DNA of 64,000 bases from contig CM052817.1 in assembly GCA_028534125.1 (NCBI GenBank), positions 27,902,001 to 27,966,000 of the forward strand. The letters run 5' to 3'. The stretch is from Lama glama (Eukaryota). Positions 1 to 12,789 of the stretch are shown one piece after another (positions within the stretch are counted from its first letter, which is position 1; the number at the start of each line of letters is the position of its first letter). The notes beneath the pieces are model-generated. The model saw nothing but the letters and a program-made list of their open reading frames with translations, was not told where the DNA came from and searched no databases. The position numbers and the translations under genes were made by a program.

Positions 1-330
1 TCCTTCAGGCTAGAAATGCTCTTCTTCACACGAAGTACATCTGTATCACTTGAGTTTTGGCTTAACTATCCCTGCTTCAATAAGACCTTCCCAGAGCAGC
101 CATTACAGTCCAGTCCCTTATCATATCATCCTATTTTCCTCCTATCACTTTGTGAAATTATCTTTAGTGGTTCATCCTTAGTCATTTGTTAACTGATTTA
201 GTGACTGTGCCTCCTTCCCACTTCCTGGTCCCTGAACACTAATGGGGATCTTGCCCAATTAACCCGTCACCTAGACCGATGAAGCACTGGACACAGGATT
301 ACGGAATGAATGGATGTGAGAATGAATGAC
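1..330 (+). mobile_element. L2 LINE 3' fragment
   Basis: Degenerate L2-like 3' sequence ending in gaatgaat-type tail (304-329). Confidence 0.55.
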
Positions 331-470
331 TCTAGACAACAGCCAAGTTCATACTAAGAGCAGCTGCATTCAGCATCCCATGCCATGCTCACTGCCACAG
401 CACCTGGGGTGTCTCACATCACCCTACACATTTATGACATCAACAGCACATCATTAAAAACTAGATCTTT

Positions 471-661
471 GGGGGAGGGTATATATACCTCAGTGGTAGA
501 GCACAGAGCACAGGTTTAGCATGTATCAGGTCCTGGGTTCAACCCCCAGTACCTCCATTAAAAAAAAAAATCTAATTACCCACTCCCCAAGAAGCAATTT
601 ATCATTGAAAAAAATAAAGAATGAGATTTTAAAAATTATTTTTTCCAGAAAAGAAAAAAAA
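471..661 (+). mobile_element. tRNA-Ala-derived camelid SINE (vic-1 type)
   Basis: ggggagggtata..ctcagtggtagagc..agcatg..ggtcctgggttcaacccccagtacctcca head, then poly-A, ctaattacc-C-rich linker and A-rich tail; internal gagcaca duplication. Confidence 0.85.
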
Positions 662-2599
662 GGCGATCCTTAAGGGTAGTGACCAATTCGGTTCACCTCT
701 GTGTCCTCCACAGCCTAACACAGAACCTGTGACATACATACAATGGACACTCAATACATATTGGCTGTATTGTATGAAAAGGTGCTGTACCCACCAAAAG
801 CAAGGCCAGCTCTCCTAGTGACTCTAAAGAGGCTCCAACTTTAAAACTTTTAAAAGTGCCAATGTCCGGATTTGCCATCCCGTTTGTCATGCCCATGTCT
901 CCCCTGGCTTCTCAGCATTTCTACAAGGCTTCTCCTCACACAACGGGCTTGTAAGTGGCTATGCGGCCAGCTTCTTTTAAGACCCGTGGAGGTCTGTCTG
1001 TCTCATTTACAGTCAGGGGCCCGAGGACTGTGACCAGTGACAGGTTTTACTGGATAAGATCCCAACCGTCGGCTCACGGAAGAACATCTCACAGCGTTTA
1101 GGGCAGTTGTTCCCTCCAGGCTACTTGACTAAACACAGTCAACTTGGATGCAACTCCTTCGTATCATAACACTGCCCCACCCCAACTGCAAGGGCTGGTC
1201 TTGCAACCAAAACATATGACACGCTATCCAGGTAATTAAAAGCTGAGAGATGAATAAGGGCTATTTCAGACCCGGAAATTCCTCTTATGTGAAGTGATTC
1301 ATTATGTTGGTAAAATGGGCAACAGCACAACTTAGGAAAAATCATATCACTAATGTAGTTTATTAATACCTTTCCTTCAGGGGTGACACTAAAGGCCTCA
1401 ACAAAGATTTTTATTGTTTTTTCAGAAAGACTTTACAAACCTCAATCAAGAGATCTGAAATTCTGTAAAACATATGCTCGTTCCTTAACTTCAATTTCCT
1501 TCAGTAGTTTTATAGATCCCTCAGGCCTGCAAGAGCAGAACCAGATGGCGCTTGGAAGGGCTTTACAGTGTGTGTCTGCAAAGCCACGACACGCTGAAAA
1601 GTTCTGCCGATCCTAAGCTTCTGGTATTAATCGTGATATGAAATGACCCTTGATGTAGCTTGCTTTATATTTTGTAATCTGGTGTACTAATCATAGTGCC
1701 TAAATATTTTCTTCTGGAGATTCAAAAAATACCCAGTAACATCATCTAGCCGAGTCGGAAAAGCAGGCCAGCATATGTTTATATAACATAGCACTTCTCC
1801 CCAGGGCCTACCTTGCCCCATAAATTGTTGTACTGGTGTGAAAAAATACAAGTCAGGTCTGAACAACAACAAAAAAGTCCTCCTCTTAAATCACAACCAT
1901 ATTTGCGAGAGGAGAGGAAGACAGCGACATATTTAAAGTTGCAGCCAAGCTTGTCACACTATTTTCTCTTCAGTTTCCTTTCCTAAATAATTTCTTCTTG
2001 TTGCATTTTCTACCTTTGGAGAATCCACACTCCCCCCTAACCTGATGTCGTAATTCCTTTTTAGTAGTTAAATATTTCAGTCACTTGTGGTACAGGGACA
2101 CTTGTTAATCATTATCATTTGAATCATTATTACAGGCAAAGATGCAGAATTATGGTACTGGAAACAAAACTAAAGGAAGGAATGTTTCCCAACGGGAACA
2201 CCCTGCCCACCAACTGAGAACAGCCCTCTCTGGCTGTGGCTGGAGTAACTGAAGTCTGCACTGAACTTTCAGACATTTGGGAGACGGACTTCTGGTGACT
2301 TCAGGCATGCAGAATGTACTGAAGGAAGGGGAAAGAAACAGTGTGTCGGTGTGGAAAGAACCCCCGATCAGTGATACAAGCAGCTGAGCAGAGCTGAAGA
2401 TGGAAACATTATACGCAGATAATGAATGGCTTAGTTTATCAACCAGATGGAAGTGAGCACTTTGACTGGGGCACTGACATGAAAAGGAATTGATACCTTT
2501 AATGTTAACAAGTCCGGGAGAAAAACGGAGAGGAATGAGAAGGTGAGAGAAGAAATGTAAAATGAACAGAGAACAGTGTGTATGGTAAGGGGATAACTG

Positions 2600-2790
2600 G
2601 CTGGGTTCCAACTGTGGCTCAGATACTTCCAAGCTGTGTGACCTTGAGAAAGTGACTTAACCACTCTGTGTCAGTGAAATGTGTAATAGGAACAACCTCA
2701 CAGTGTCGTGTTAAACGCTCACAGCGTTAAGTGAGCAAAGACATGAGAAATGCTTATGGTGGTGACTGGCCCTCAGTAAATGACGCCCTT
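2600..2790 (+). mobile_element. MIR SINE
   Basis: Core agctgtgtgaccttgagaaagtgacttaaccactctgtg. Confidence 0.75.
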
Positions 2791-4299
2791 TACCATCTGA
2801 GTGGCAACTGTACATTCTCTGATGATCTGGGACGACTGGGTTTTCACTGGTATATGTACACATACATACATAAATATATATATATATATATTTAATGGGA
2901 TGGATATTATATATGCTGGTTTTGCCATTAAGAAGATATGAGAGGCTAGAATATAAAGTCAGGTAGAATTTCTATTAACGTGTTGAGGGAGTCTGGTGGG
3001 TATTGAGAAGGAAGAATTAAAAACCTAGGCACTTTTAAAAAGAGATGTGAATGCTAACTTAGGGAAACTGATCAGGACCCTGGGCATCCCGGGAAATAGC
3101 AGATAAATCAGGGAAATCAATGGAATGCAAGGAAAATGGCTGCAAGGAGAAAAGAAAGAGTTTCCATTTTGGAGTAGGGAACCGGCATGGGCCCTGAAGA
3201 GAAGGTGTTCAGGTCCTCAGGATGTGAGAGCAAGCCAACAGGACACGAGAAGAAAGCCTGGGATGAATTCTCTGGGTCGTTTGCTATTTCTCTGCTTACC
3301 ACAAAGGTCCCTGATATGGATTTACACAAAGCAAAGAATGCCTGGGATCAGACAGTGCCTGGAGAACACAGCAGGTGCACAGTAAATGCTGGTTCCCTTC
3401 CCCCTCCGTCTTTGTGAGCAAGGGTTTTCTTTCTAACACACTGAGAGAAATGGCTGTCTTCAGACGGGGGCTGCAAAGATGAATCTAGAACATAAATTGG
3501 AAATGACTATAAAGTCCTGATCTATATATGGATACGCATCCAAGCTGAATATAGACGCAGGAGACCCGTACCTGTAAGCTGCCTAATTTGTGTAAAATTT
3601 GCACCCTGAGAGCCTGTTAACTGGAGCAGAAGAGTCTGTGCCCTCCAGCCTTGACGATGTTCCTCGGGAGAGGACACCATGAAGGGAAGCCTGCAGGGAA
3701 ACTGAATCTTAGGAGTTGGAAGGCAATGTCGCAGGTGTAGCGGAGTGAGGCTCTGCTAAGTACCACTAGTGGCTGATACTGGGGTTGGTTGAGTGAGACC
3801 AGCATCCTGTGCTGCTGCTGGAAATCATTACTTTGTGGAAATCTCTAGATGTTAGGGAGATGTTCTTATCTGAGCTGAAATCTGCCTCTCTCTTACCTCT
3901 GCTCCACTGCTTCTCATTTGTTTGTTCAAAACAAACAAGCAAGGGAAGAAATTTACTTAACGATAATTTATTTGACACTCACTTAGGGGGCACTAGATGC
4001 CCGACACCGCTATATCTGAGTGAGTCAGTAAAGAGATGAAGGGCAGGGCACCCCTGAGGAGGAGGGAGTGCAAGCACCTGGCTCGTGGCTCAGGCGCGGA
4101 GGACGGACGGAGGAAGGACAAGACCTTGAAATGTCCACAGAGAGAAGAAACGTGGAGGAGGCAGTGCTGTCAGGAAAACAGAGATTCCCTCATCTACACA
4201 AATTCCCGGAACACCTGCAAGGAGGGTTAGTCCCTTTGGACGTCTAATTTCCAGGTGCCACCTCAGGTTCCTCTGGATAACGATGACCAGAGGAGCAGG

Positions 4300-4485
4300 T
4301 AGGGCAGGGTTTAAGGTAGCTGACCAGACAGCTCAGTCAAATCCTACCTCTGCCACTCAGCATATCAGTGGGGTACCAGATGAGTACTTAACTTCTCTGT
4401 GCCTCTGTCCCCTCGTCTGTGAAATGGGCACGGTAACAAGTTTGCTGGGGGGTGGATCCAGTGAGTTGAGGACATGCATGGCCTG
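4300..4485 (+). mobile_element. MIR SINE
   Basis: caaatcctacctctgccact...tacttaacttctctgtgcctctgtcccctcgtctgtgaaatggg. Confidence 0.75.
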
Positions 4486-4499
4486 ACGATGGTCACAGC

Positions 4500-5045
4500 C
4501 AACATGATGGCGTCCGCCTTGACTGCTTGTCCTCTCACTCCTCGCATCCAGTCTGTTAGCAAATCCTATTGGCTCCACCTTCAAACTGGATTCAGACTCT
4601 GACCACTCTCACCACTGCTGCCCTCCTGGCCCAAGTCACCGCCACCTCTGGCCTGGGTTATTGCAATAATCTCCAAAGTGGCTCATTACACGGCAGTTAG
4701 AATCCTGCTGCGGAAACCTAAGTCAGATCACGACACCTGTCTCTCAAGCCCCTCCAATGCTCTTTGTCTCTCCGTGAGTAAAAGGCACAAGGCTCTGTGG
4801 GAAACACAGCAGAGATCCTGAGTCTGAGATCCTGACTCCCCTGGCCTGCTGTGTCTGTCTCTACAGCACTTACATTCGGCCATATATTTTACCCAATTGT
4901 TTTATTTGTCTGTCTCTTCCCAGTAGGAAAGTTGAGAAGGGCATGGGTTTTTGTGTATTTTACTTGTGAATGAATCCACAGTGTCTAGAACAGTGCCTGA
5001 CCTACAGAAGAATCTCAACAGTTGCCGAATCGCCTGGATGAATGC
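4500..5045 (+). mobile_element. L2 LINE 3' fragment
   Basis: catccagtctgttagcaaatcctattggctccaccttcaaa...tgtctagaacagtgcctgac...gatgaatg. Confidence 0.75.
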
Positions 5046-7439
5046 AGAGCAAGTACTTACAGTGCTTGGTGTACCCTAGGTTCTTCCCAGATCTTGGCTG
5101 TCTTTCTGAGGAGCCTCTCTACGGTGTCAACGCCCTTTAAAACCACACAGTACTCCACCCTCCAAACATCACCTGATCCGGGACAGGGCAGGGGGTGTGG
5201 AACGGGGCTGCTGTTTCGGGCTGCCCACCCCACCTCTGCTGACGCTGTACTGTCCTGGAGGCACTCACTATGCCTTTAGACAACCCAAACACACATATTT
5301 AATTATTTAGTTTTGGAAGGAACGTCTGCCACATCAGTACAGAAAAGAACTGGAATCTAGTCCTCGGATCGGATACTTACGACCCACTTGGTGGTGGCGA
5401 CAGAAGGTTACCTTTGTACCACACCAGGACTCCTCAGGGAGAGCGTTATGTTCTGGGGGTGCCCTGGGCTGTGTTTCATTGTACGGATGACAAAGAACAG
5501 GTCAAGTCAGGGAACGCTGATATCCGTACTTATCCTGGTGTTACCTACAGTACTGTATTGCTACAAGTAGTATATAGTAATATATATTATAATAGTGTAT
5601 TGCTATGAAAGTTAACAGATGAACGAGTAAATTATATTCAAGATAGTTGGCCAATTACATCTCTATATATCTGACTTATACAGATGTAACTATTAGCACA
5701 GAAATGTGTCTGGCTATATTCTTGATTGAAATATAGAATTTTAAGATTCAAAACTGTAAATATAAGGGTAGTTACTTCTTTCTGAAATTAACTAGACTGT
5801 AACAGAACTAGTGACTATCGAGTATTGCTGCAACATCCTTAGGGACCCACTGCTAGTGCCTGAGAAACAGTCAGTGTAGACTCTCCCTCCTTGAGAATCT
5901 GAGCGGCATTCTTGTTGTCCTTCTGTTGTCCGTGAGGCTCAGTTACACACACTTGCATATCAAAATGCTTTGCAAGCACTAAGTACTACACAAATTTAAA
6001 GTATTATTCTTTTCTTTGAATACATTAAACAGTTTACATTTTGGACAAGCTAGTCAAGCCTACAGCTGCATTCATCCATTCTTCCTATTTTCAGCGAAGC
6101 ACCAGCTATTTAAACATTACATTCAAAGTATCAGCAGCAATAAAACAACAAGGAAAAGAAGCCCTGTTAGCACGTCCGGGTGTACGTGAAGTGAGCAGAG
6201 ACGTGATGGGGTACTGACATTCATTTCACTTTGAATTAAACACAGCATCACCGCAAATCTCAGGAGATAGATACTACGTTTTGTGTTTGGGTAATACCAG
6301 GAATTCTACAGGCAAGGGGAGAATTCTGTTTGGTTGGCTAAAAGCCAGTCAAACTTCACACTTGTCCTAGAAGTAGGTGGTCAAAAACTCTGTTCTTGTC
6401 TTCAAAGCGATCGGCTACAGCTGCTTAAACGATCTCAATTTCAAAACCCTTTGTGTCATTCATTTTGAAGATAAAACATTCATACATGAGATAAATTGAG
6501 GTCTAATGAAAAAGATGTTACGTTAGAATTGACCTTGGGGAAAAGCACGTCCAATCGGACAGCGTACATCAAATAAAAACGAAGGACAGGACTGGACTTT
6601 CCAAGTGGCATCAGCAGATGTATACAGTCTTTGATTTCATTTTATTGGGAAAAAAGGACTCAAACCAAGGGAAGGAGGAGATGGAGTCAGCTTTCTCTCT
6701 GTTCTCCTCAAAACACATGCTGTAAATTTTCTCAAGTTCACAGTACATGTTTCAAAAGAAGCCTTCACTTTGGGTGGAAGGAAGTACACGCTCCTTGATA
6801 CGTCTGGTTTTGCTGTAATAGTACATAATGCCTTTCTCTAATAAATTTAACCACAGATTTTTTTAATGTGTCTGCATTCTGCTAATTTATAAAAAGCAGG
6901 ATGCTGTCAGATAAAATTTCAGGAAAATGATCTATAAACCAGACTGTCAAAAGTGAAAGGTACTCAGGCAGTGAGTACTTAGGGAAACAAACACATGGAA
7001 CCCCTGGAAAGGGTTCCTATGACTGCGGGAAAACAACGTTCTGTAACGGGGCTCATGTTACCTTGATTTGCTAGTTACTGTGAGGTCACAGGAAATCCTG
7101 AAATGTTTTCCACATTTTCTTTTATACATTTTATGTCAAATTTCCTGCAATTGAAATAAAAAACCCTCCTACTGCTGGAATCTCTTCTGAACAAAAGGAG
7201 ATCTTGTGACACTCCCCTACGAACACCTAATAACTCAGTTCTTAGCAGTGTAACAAGAAACTGAAAGACAGAACTGAAAGTGGACCACGATAGGCTGAAA
7301 TGTCAGCTGTCCCAACCCTTTCAGAATGAAAACCAAACTGATGTCATGAGGACAACTCAAAAAGTGCATTTAATCTAGTCACAGTAGCCTTTTCTTTAGA
7401 ATCAGAGACAAGAGAAGAAATGACAGATGGTTCTGAAGG

Positions 7440-7792
7440 CATAAGCTCACCGTTTCCCCAAATCTCTTATTCAAAATGCATTTGTGGATCTATGGTCAAA
7501 TTAAAATGGCATCCTTCAGATGGATAATCCTTTTTTAAAAAAAATTTTTCCCTTTTTCAGTTTTATTATGTAGAATTATTATAGTTCGACTGCACATACA
7601 CATTATATTGCATGTACATACATACATAAAGTATACTGTAATTTTTTTGAGTTTACATATATGTACTAATTATTGCTTCTAAGAACAGATTAGATCTTTA
7701 GCTTTTTAAACTTACATAGTTATCAAAGAAATAAAGCCAACTACAAAATAAGATGGCTATTTTTAACATGAGTTAAGCTCCTGACAACCCTG
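7440..7792. mobile_element. Possible old DNA-transposon remnant (family not assigned)
   Basis: Ends in tgacaaccctg (hAT-like terminus on minus strand); AT-rich interior; second terminus not found. Confidence 0.3.
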
Positions 7793-8015
7793 TTTTCTTA
7801 TCCCAGCTACGCTTATGAAAGGAAAAGTCAGATTTAAGTAAAATGTTCAAGTTTAAAATATTCTCTAAACTTTTATCACTCAACTTTGGACTAAAAACAG
7901 CTTTCTAAATTGTCAAATACTATTTTACTATAAACCCAGGCTTCAGCCATGAAGGCTCGCTGATGAATACCAGCGTTTCGGGTTGGTTTGATCGTGAGCG
8001 ATTAGCATACATTAC

Positions 8016-8123
8016 CTCTCCTGACATATCGGGGGCCATCGGAACAGCAGGCCACAGAGATGAGTAGATTCCAAAAAACACCACCCAGAGTGCGATGCTG
8101 CCCCAGATTGCGATGTGGCTGAA
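8016..8123 (-). CDS. ATP8A1: ATP8A1 exon, 108 bp: [36 protein letters not shown]
   Basis: ctcag|TTC acceptor, GAG|gtaatg donor; within ORF 7920..8198. Confidence 0.97.
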
Positions 8124-8997
8124 CTGAGAAGCAAGGACATCCGAGTCAAAGGACCTCCAGGTGGACGAAGGACCCCCACGCTGACGGAGCTTCCACACAC
8201 CCCCTTGCTGATTTTTACCACCTCCATAAAATATTATCCCTGGGGATTTCTAAATAACTGAATGTGTTTTAACTGGGTCTTTCATTAAATGCTAACGTCT
8301 TCCACCGCAGCTATAACGCTCGTGGTGCTGGCATTTAGAACTGCTCCTTCTCGACTTCCTTCGGTGGGTCTCACCTTGTACCTTTTTTATCCCTAACCGT
8401 CTTTAAGCTGCCTTAATTTTGGCTCTGTATGCTCGCACTGAAAGATGCTAAGACACTCGTGGGACTACTAATCTGCGCCACTGACTGTCAAGTCCAAATT
8501 TCGTCTGTCGAGTCTCCCTTGAGTATCTGCTTTTTTCTTGTTTCCTGGGTCTCGCTACTTGGATGTGAATATACTGCAGGACGAACGTATCCAGAAGGGA
8601 ACTTGTTTTATTCAGACTAGATATTTAAAATGTCTGAGGACAAATTTTTTGCTAATATTTTTGGTCTTGAAAATTACTTTCCAGTGGGTTTTCTGCTAGT
8701 CTTGTCACACACTCTGTTAAGAAAAGACTCCTCGTCAGTAAGTTGGAAGCCCCGCCCAGGGGTGTCCACAATGCACAGTAATACCTTCAGGGCTCCGGGA
8801 GGTCTCGTGGTAAATAAACTTCCTTAAATTGGTTTTACTCTGAGTTTCTAAACTAGAATCCCCAGTTCTCCCTGCTCCATGCCTGACCCCACAATTAACC
8901 CCACAATTAACCACAATTCTGACCCATGAAGTTAGGATGAAAAAAACAACAAAAAGTAAATGTGACATTTCTTGGTTGTGACTAAGCAAATTCTTAC

Positions 8998-9054
8998 CCA
9001 CGTCCAATACGATGTCTCCAATCCAGCTTTCAAACACACAGTTATCACCACAAA
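8998..9054 (-). CDS. ATP8A1: ATP8A1 exon, 57 bp: FVVITVCLKAGLETSYWTW
   Basis: tttag|TTT acceptor, TGG|gtaaga donor. Confidence 0.96.
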
Positions 9055-9639
9055 CTAAAACAGAAGAGAAATATTATTTTATTTCATAAATACGATAGTT
9101 CATCAAATGGGACTGGTAGCTTATTCATAGCTTGACTTGTACACCCAACAAGCAAAGAAACAAGTGCGTTAGCTGCGGGGCTGGACACTGTGACCACGAC
9201 CAGCCAGCACCGCCCAGCGACGGTGTCACCGTCCCGTCTCCCTTCCCTGCCTCCTCCTCACCGTCACTGCCCTGCAGTCCCTCCACGAGACTCCCGAGCG
9301 TGGGCCTGCCTACCTCTTGCACAATTCATGAATAGCGACAGAGAATCGTCTGCAGTAACTTGGGTTTTCAGCCTGGCTTTAATTTTATTTTACATCATCT
9401 GTAATACTTAGGGCCTCCACTTTCTAAATTTTAGAGATGAGCTGTAAAAGTAATATAACTGGGTGTTTAGAAACCTGAGCACTTACTCTGTAACCTTACT
9501 TACTTGAAACCCTGCGGAGTAGAATGCAAGAGCAGGTTACACCTCCCTGATGACACACCCATGGTCACTGGTGCCTGTGCTACTAATTCTAACGGAGGGG
9601 ACTGGGGTTTAATGAACTGCCTCATGTTTTCCAGAGGAT

Positions 9640-9860
9640 GGCATGACGGTTAAGCGGAGTCAGGCTATACGTGCTCGACTCCCAACATCTATTAGCTGTT
9701 CTGCTAAGGAACAAGGTGAGTTACCTGGCCTCTCCGTGTCTTAGTCCCCTCATCTGCAAGCTGGGCTGGACAAAGCCTACCTACTTTACAGGGGTATGAG
9801 TAGAAAACACCAAGAGCAGTGCTTAGCGCTGCAGAATTACCTGTTATTATCTATTTATCA
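9640..9860 (+). mobile_element. MIR SINE
   Basis: ttagctgtt...gagttacctggcctctccgtgtcttagtcccctcatctgcaag...tgttattat. Confidence 0.65.
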
Positions 9861-11257
9861 TCAGTAAGGAAACTTTATGTACTGTTAGTCTTCAAAGGGA
9901 TTCAGGGCACTTTCGGTAGTTTGCTGGGATGGACGGGCGATGCTCGCTGAGCACTGACGGTCAGTGAGCACTTCAAGTGCGTGGCACTACTTCTGGGCCC
10001 TGTAAGGGTGTGTATGTATGTGGTATCGGATGCTTCACAGTGCGGTCACCGGGTCAGGACAAAGAGAAGCATTTGGGCTTCCTCAGCAGGAGAGCTAATA
10101 GCAATTTAGGATTAATGTTTGTAGAAATAAAACTCTTACTAAAATTTATGTATTATTTAACTTAAGCTATATCAGAAATTCTAAAATGAGAGAAAATATT
10201 ATTCAAAATATAAGAAACACTTCCTCGTAAGACTTGGATACTTGAAAGTGTCCCTCAGAGACATCTATGGCACATACTCGATTAATTTCTAAACTTACTC
10301 CAACTATCAAGTATTTACTGATTTCTGTTTTGCACTCACATTGTATGAGAATAAATAACTGGCCCCCAGATATGTTTTTCCTTTTTTTTTTTTTTTTTTT
10401 ACTACTTCAGTGGACTGATGTCAATGGAAAGGTGACCCCGGATTTGCCAGAACTTTAATCCCTCTGCTACTTAATGGTCTCAACTTCCTATCATTCAGTT
10501 ATTTAAACATCATATTGTAGTTTGATGGCCACCTAGTACTTAGGACAGCACGCTGCCCCACTGAGGGTCAAGAAGGGGGACCAGGAACAGAGAGGAAAGG
10601 TCACTGGCCAGAGAATTCAGAGTTGAAGGTTACAGTTAACTTTCACAGGAGACTGACTGTGCGACGCTGGGCATTAGCATCCAGGTGGTGCTTTTGATGT
10701 TTGAGGAAAAATGGTTCTAGAACATTTTTTATTTGCTCTTTAATGGCAGAAATAGGCTCACACTCATCTGCACATCCTCCAGAAGCGTTTGACATAGTGA
10801 CTTAACACCTGAGTTAAAGGTCCCCAAAGAGTAGAGGTCTCTGTCCCACTTCCGTGATCATGAGACTCTGGAATAATTCCTGGTTAAACACCCAACTAGC
10901 ATGGTAATATCTGCCATAAATTCAAGAAAGCAAGACAGTGTTAATAGGGGCAGTAAAACAAAACTGAGGAAAAAGGGACAAGAAAGAGAAAAAAGGGAAC
11001 GTGAGGGGACAAGAGTAAAGAAGGAAGACTGAAAATAAGAGCAACAACCCGAGGCCTATAAAGTCGGTGAGCCTACATGACATTTTTATAACTTAATATG
11101 AAATAATCTAACAGTCAAAATATCTCATTTCATTTTTAAAGGGAAGTGTAAACAACCCTTAAATCCAGAGATGCACATATTTAAATGTGAAAATAAAATA
11201 AGCAAGTATGAACGAATTCGACTTTATACACAAATGAGGCGAACGTCCTGCACTCAC

Positions 11258-11319
11258 AGTGTAAACAAAGTTTCCCAACAGCAGGTAATCGGAGGTTTTC
11301 CCGTTCCCGAACACAGTAC
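11258..11319 (-). CDS. ATP8A1: ATP8A1 exon, 62 bp: (G)TVFGNGKTSDYLLLGNFVYT
   Basis: cgcag|GT acceptor, ACT|gtgagt donor; restores phase 0. Confidence 0.96.
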
Positions 11320-12129
11320 CTGCGTGAAAAGAAGAGAGGCTCGTTTGAGAAGAAAATAAGTGAGGTCCTTTCAGAATCCTCTCAAAGATAAATCCACTGA
11401 AAAGTGCTGAACAGAGAAGCAGAACCAATGGCCACACAGGGAGCCAGAACTGAGGCTACTTTAACAAAACGCTGGATGACGTCTCATAAAGTTGCCATTA
11501 ACGTGGGTAAAACATCGTAACAAATGAAAACCAGATTTCCAGTAGCCAACATAAGAAGGAAACTGGACCTGTTAGCCAATTCTCAAGGTTCATGAGATTT
11601 AAAAAAAAAATCAAATGAATCGTCCCAGTAAAGCTTCATGCTGTGGGCAGTCAGACAGGAGAAGGCATTCTGAACCCTTCTTACTAAAGCACTTGGTTAA
11701 CAGCATAGACGGGGTTTTAGGGAGCCTTCTTACTGTCTCTCAATAAAGTCTGTTGGCATTGGCTGAAAGGGATTCAAAAAAGCAACATACAGAGGGCAGG
11801 GGAGCACCAATTTAATCCTAGGCATATGGTGCTTTGAGGATCTGGCTGAATTTAGGGGCTTATCTAAAGGTATTTTGTTATTCCAACAGTGACTAACAAA
11901 CATGGCTTCAGATGAAGGGAGTGGTACTAACAAACAAAAATCACTATTACTGATTAAAAAAAATCAAACTAAAATAAAAATACTAATTTAATCATTGGTA
12001 CTGTTGAAAAATTAAAAACCCATGGTATGTGTCATGCAGGATTTTACTGAGGCACATATTTGACAATATTTATTCAGTCTAATACATAAGGACCAAGCAT
12101 GTTAGAGTTGACTATGAGAGGAGGCAGGC

Positions 12130-12340
12130 AGAGTGGCGCTGGAATGAGGGAGAAAGATGGGTCCGGTGGGCTCTGGAGAGACAGACCAGGCTAGGGTCCG
12201 TTACAGGCTGCGTCATCTTGGGTTATTTGTCATCAGTCTCCATGGAATTCAGTTTCTTCACTTAAAAGATTGAGTGAAACTATCTACCCTGGAGGGGTTC
12301 GGAGTTTAAAGTGAGCTAAATATATAAAGCGCCCAGCCAG
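12130..12340 (+). mobile_element. MIR SINE
   Basis: ggctctggagagacagacc...tcagtttcttcacttaaaa. Confidence 0.6.
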
Positions 12341-12789
12341 GCTCCAGAGTATGACCCTTCTCTCTCGAAGGCTTTCAGAATAGCCTAGTAGAAACCTAGG
12401 GTATTCCATGATGGAAGACATAGTTTCTGATGTGCTAACATGTCCTGTGGGGATGTGGTGGACAAATGCAGATGTCTGCAATTAATTCGCAAACTTCCAT
12501 AGACCCAAATTAACAAACTCAAATCTACAAAATAACTGAAGGTATCTTGTGATTACTTCTGAACTTCCATGCTTCTGCTATGAGGCACATTGGTTAGGTC
12601 CTTTGATCAACATAAGCGAGTTATCCAACATAATCACAGTCCAGTCCAACTAGACCTTCTAGTCACCATTGGGTTGTCACAAGGGAGCTGGAGTATCATT
12701 TCAAAATCGAATTGAGGAAGAAAGTTAAAAGCTGTTGTTGAGTTTGTCAGGTTTAGCATTTGGATGGTTCAGGTAAATTATTCGTGCTA

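Noticed and set aside
2150..2632. 160-aa minus-strand ORF
   Set aside because: No recognisable domain; overlaps old repeat-like sequence; chance ORF
1..8015. Next ATP8A1 exon (AAMLFSSGVFW...)
   Set aside because: Searched by eye and not found; presumably lies beyond the left edge
11314..11325. cag|GTACTG as a recursive splice site
   Set aside because: GT is dictated by the split Gly codon, donor match is poor and the intron is only about 6 kb
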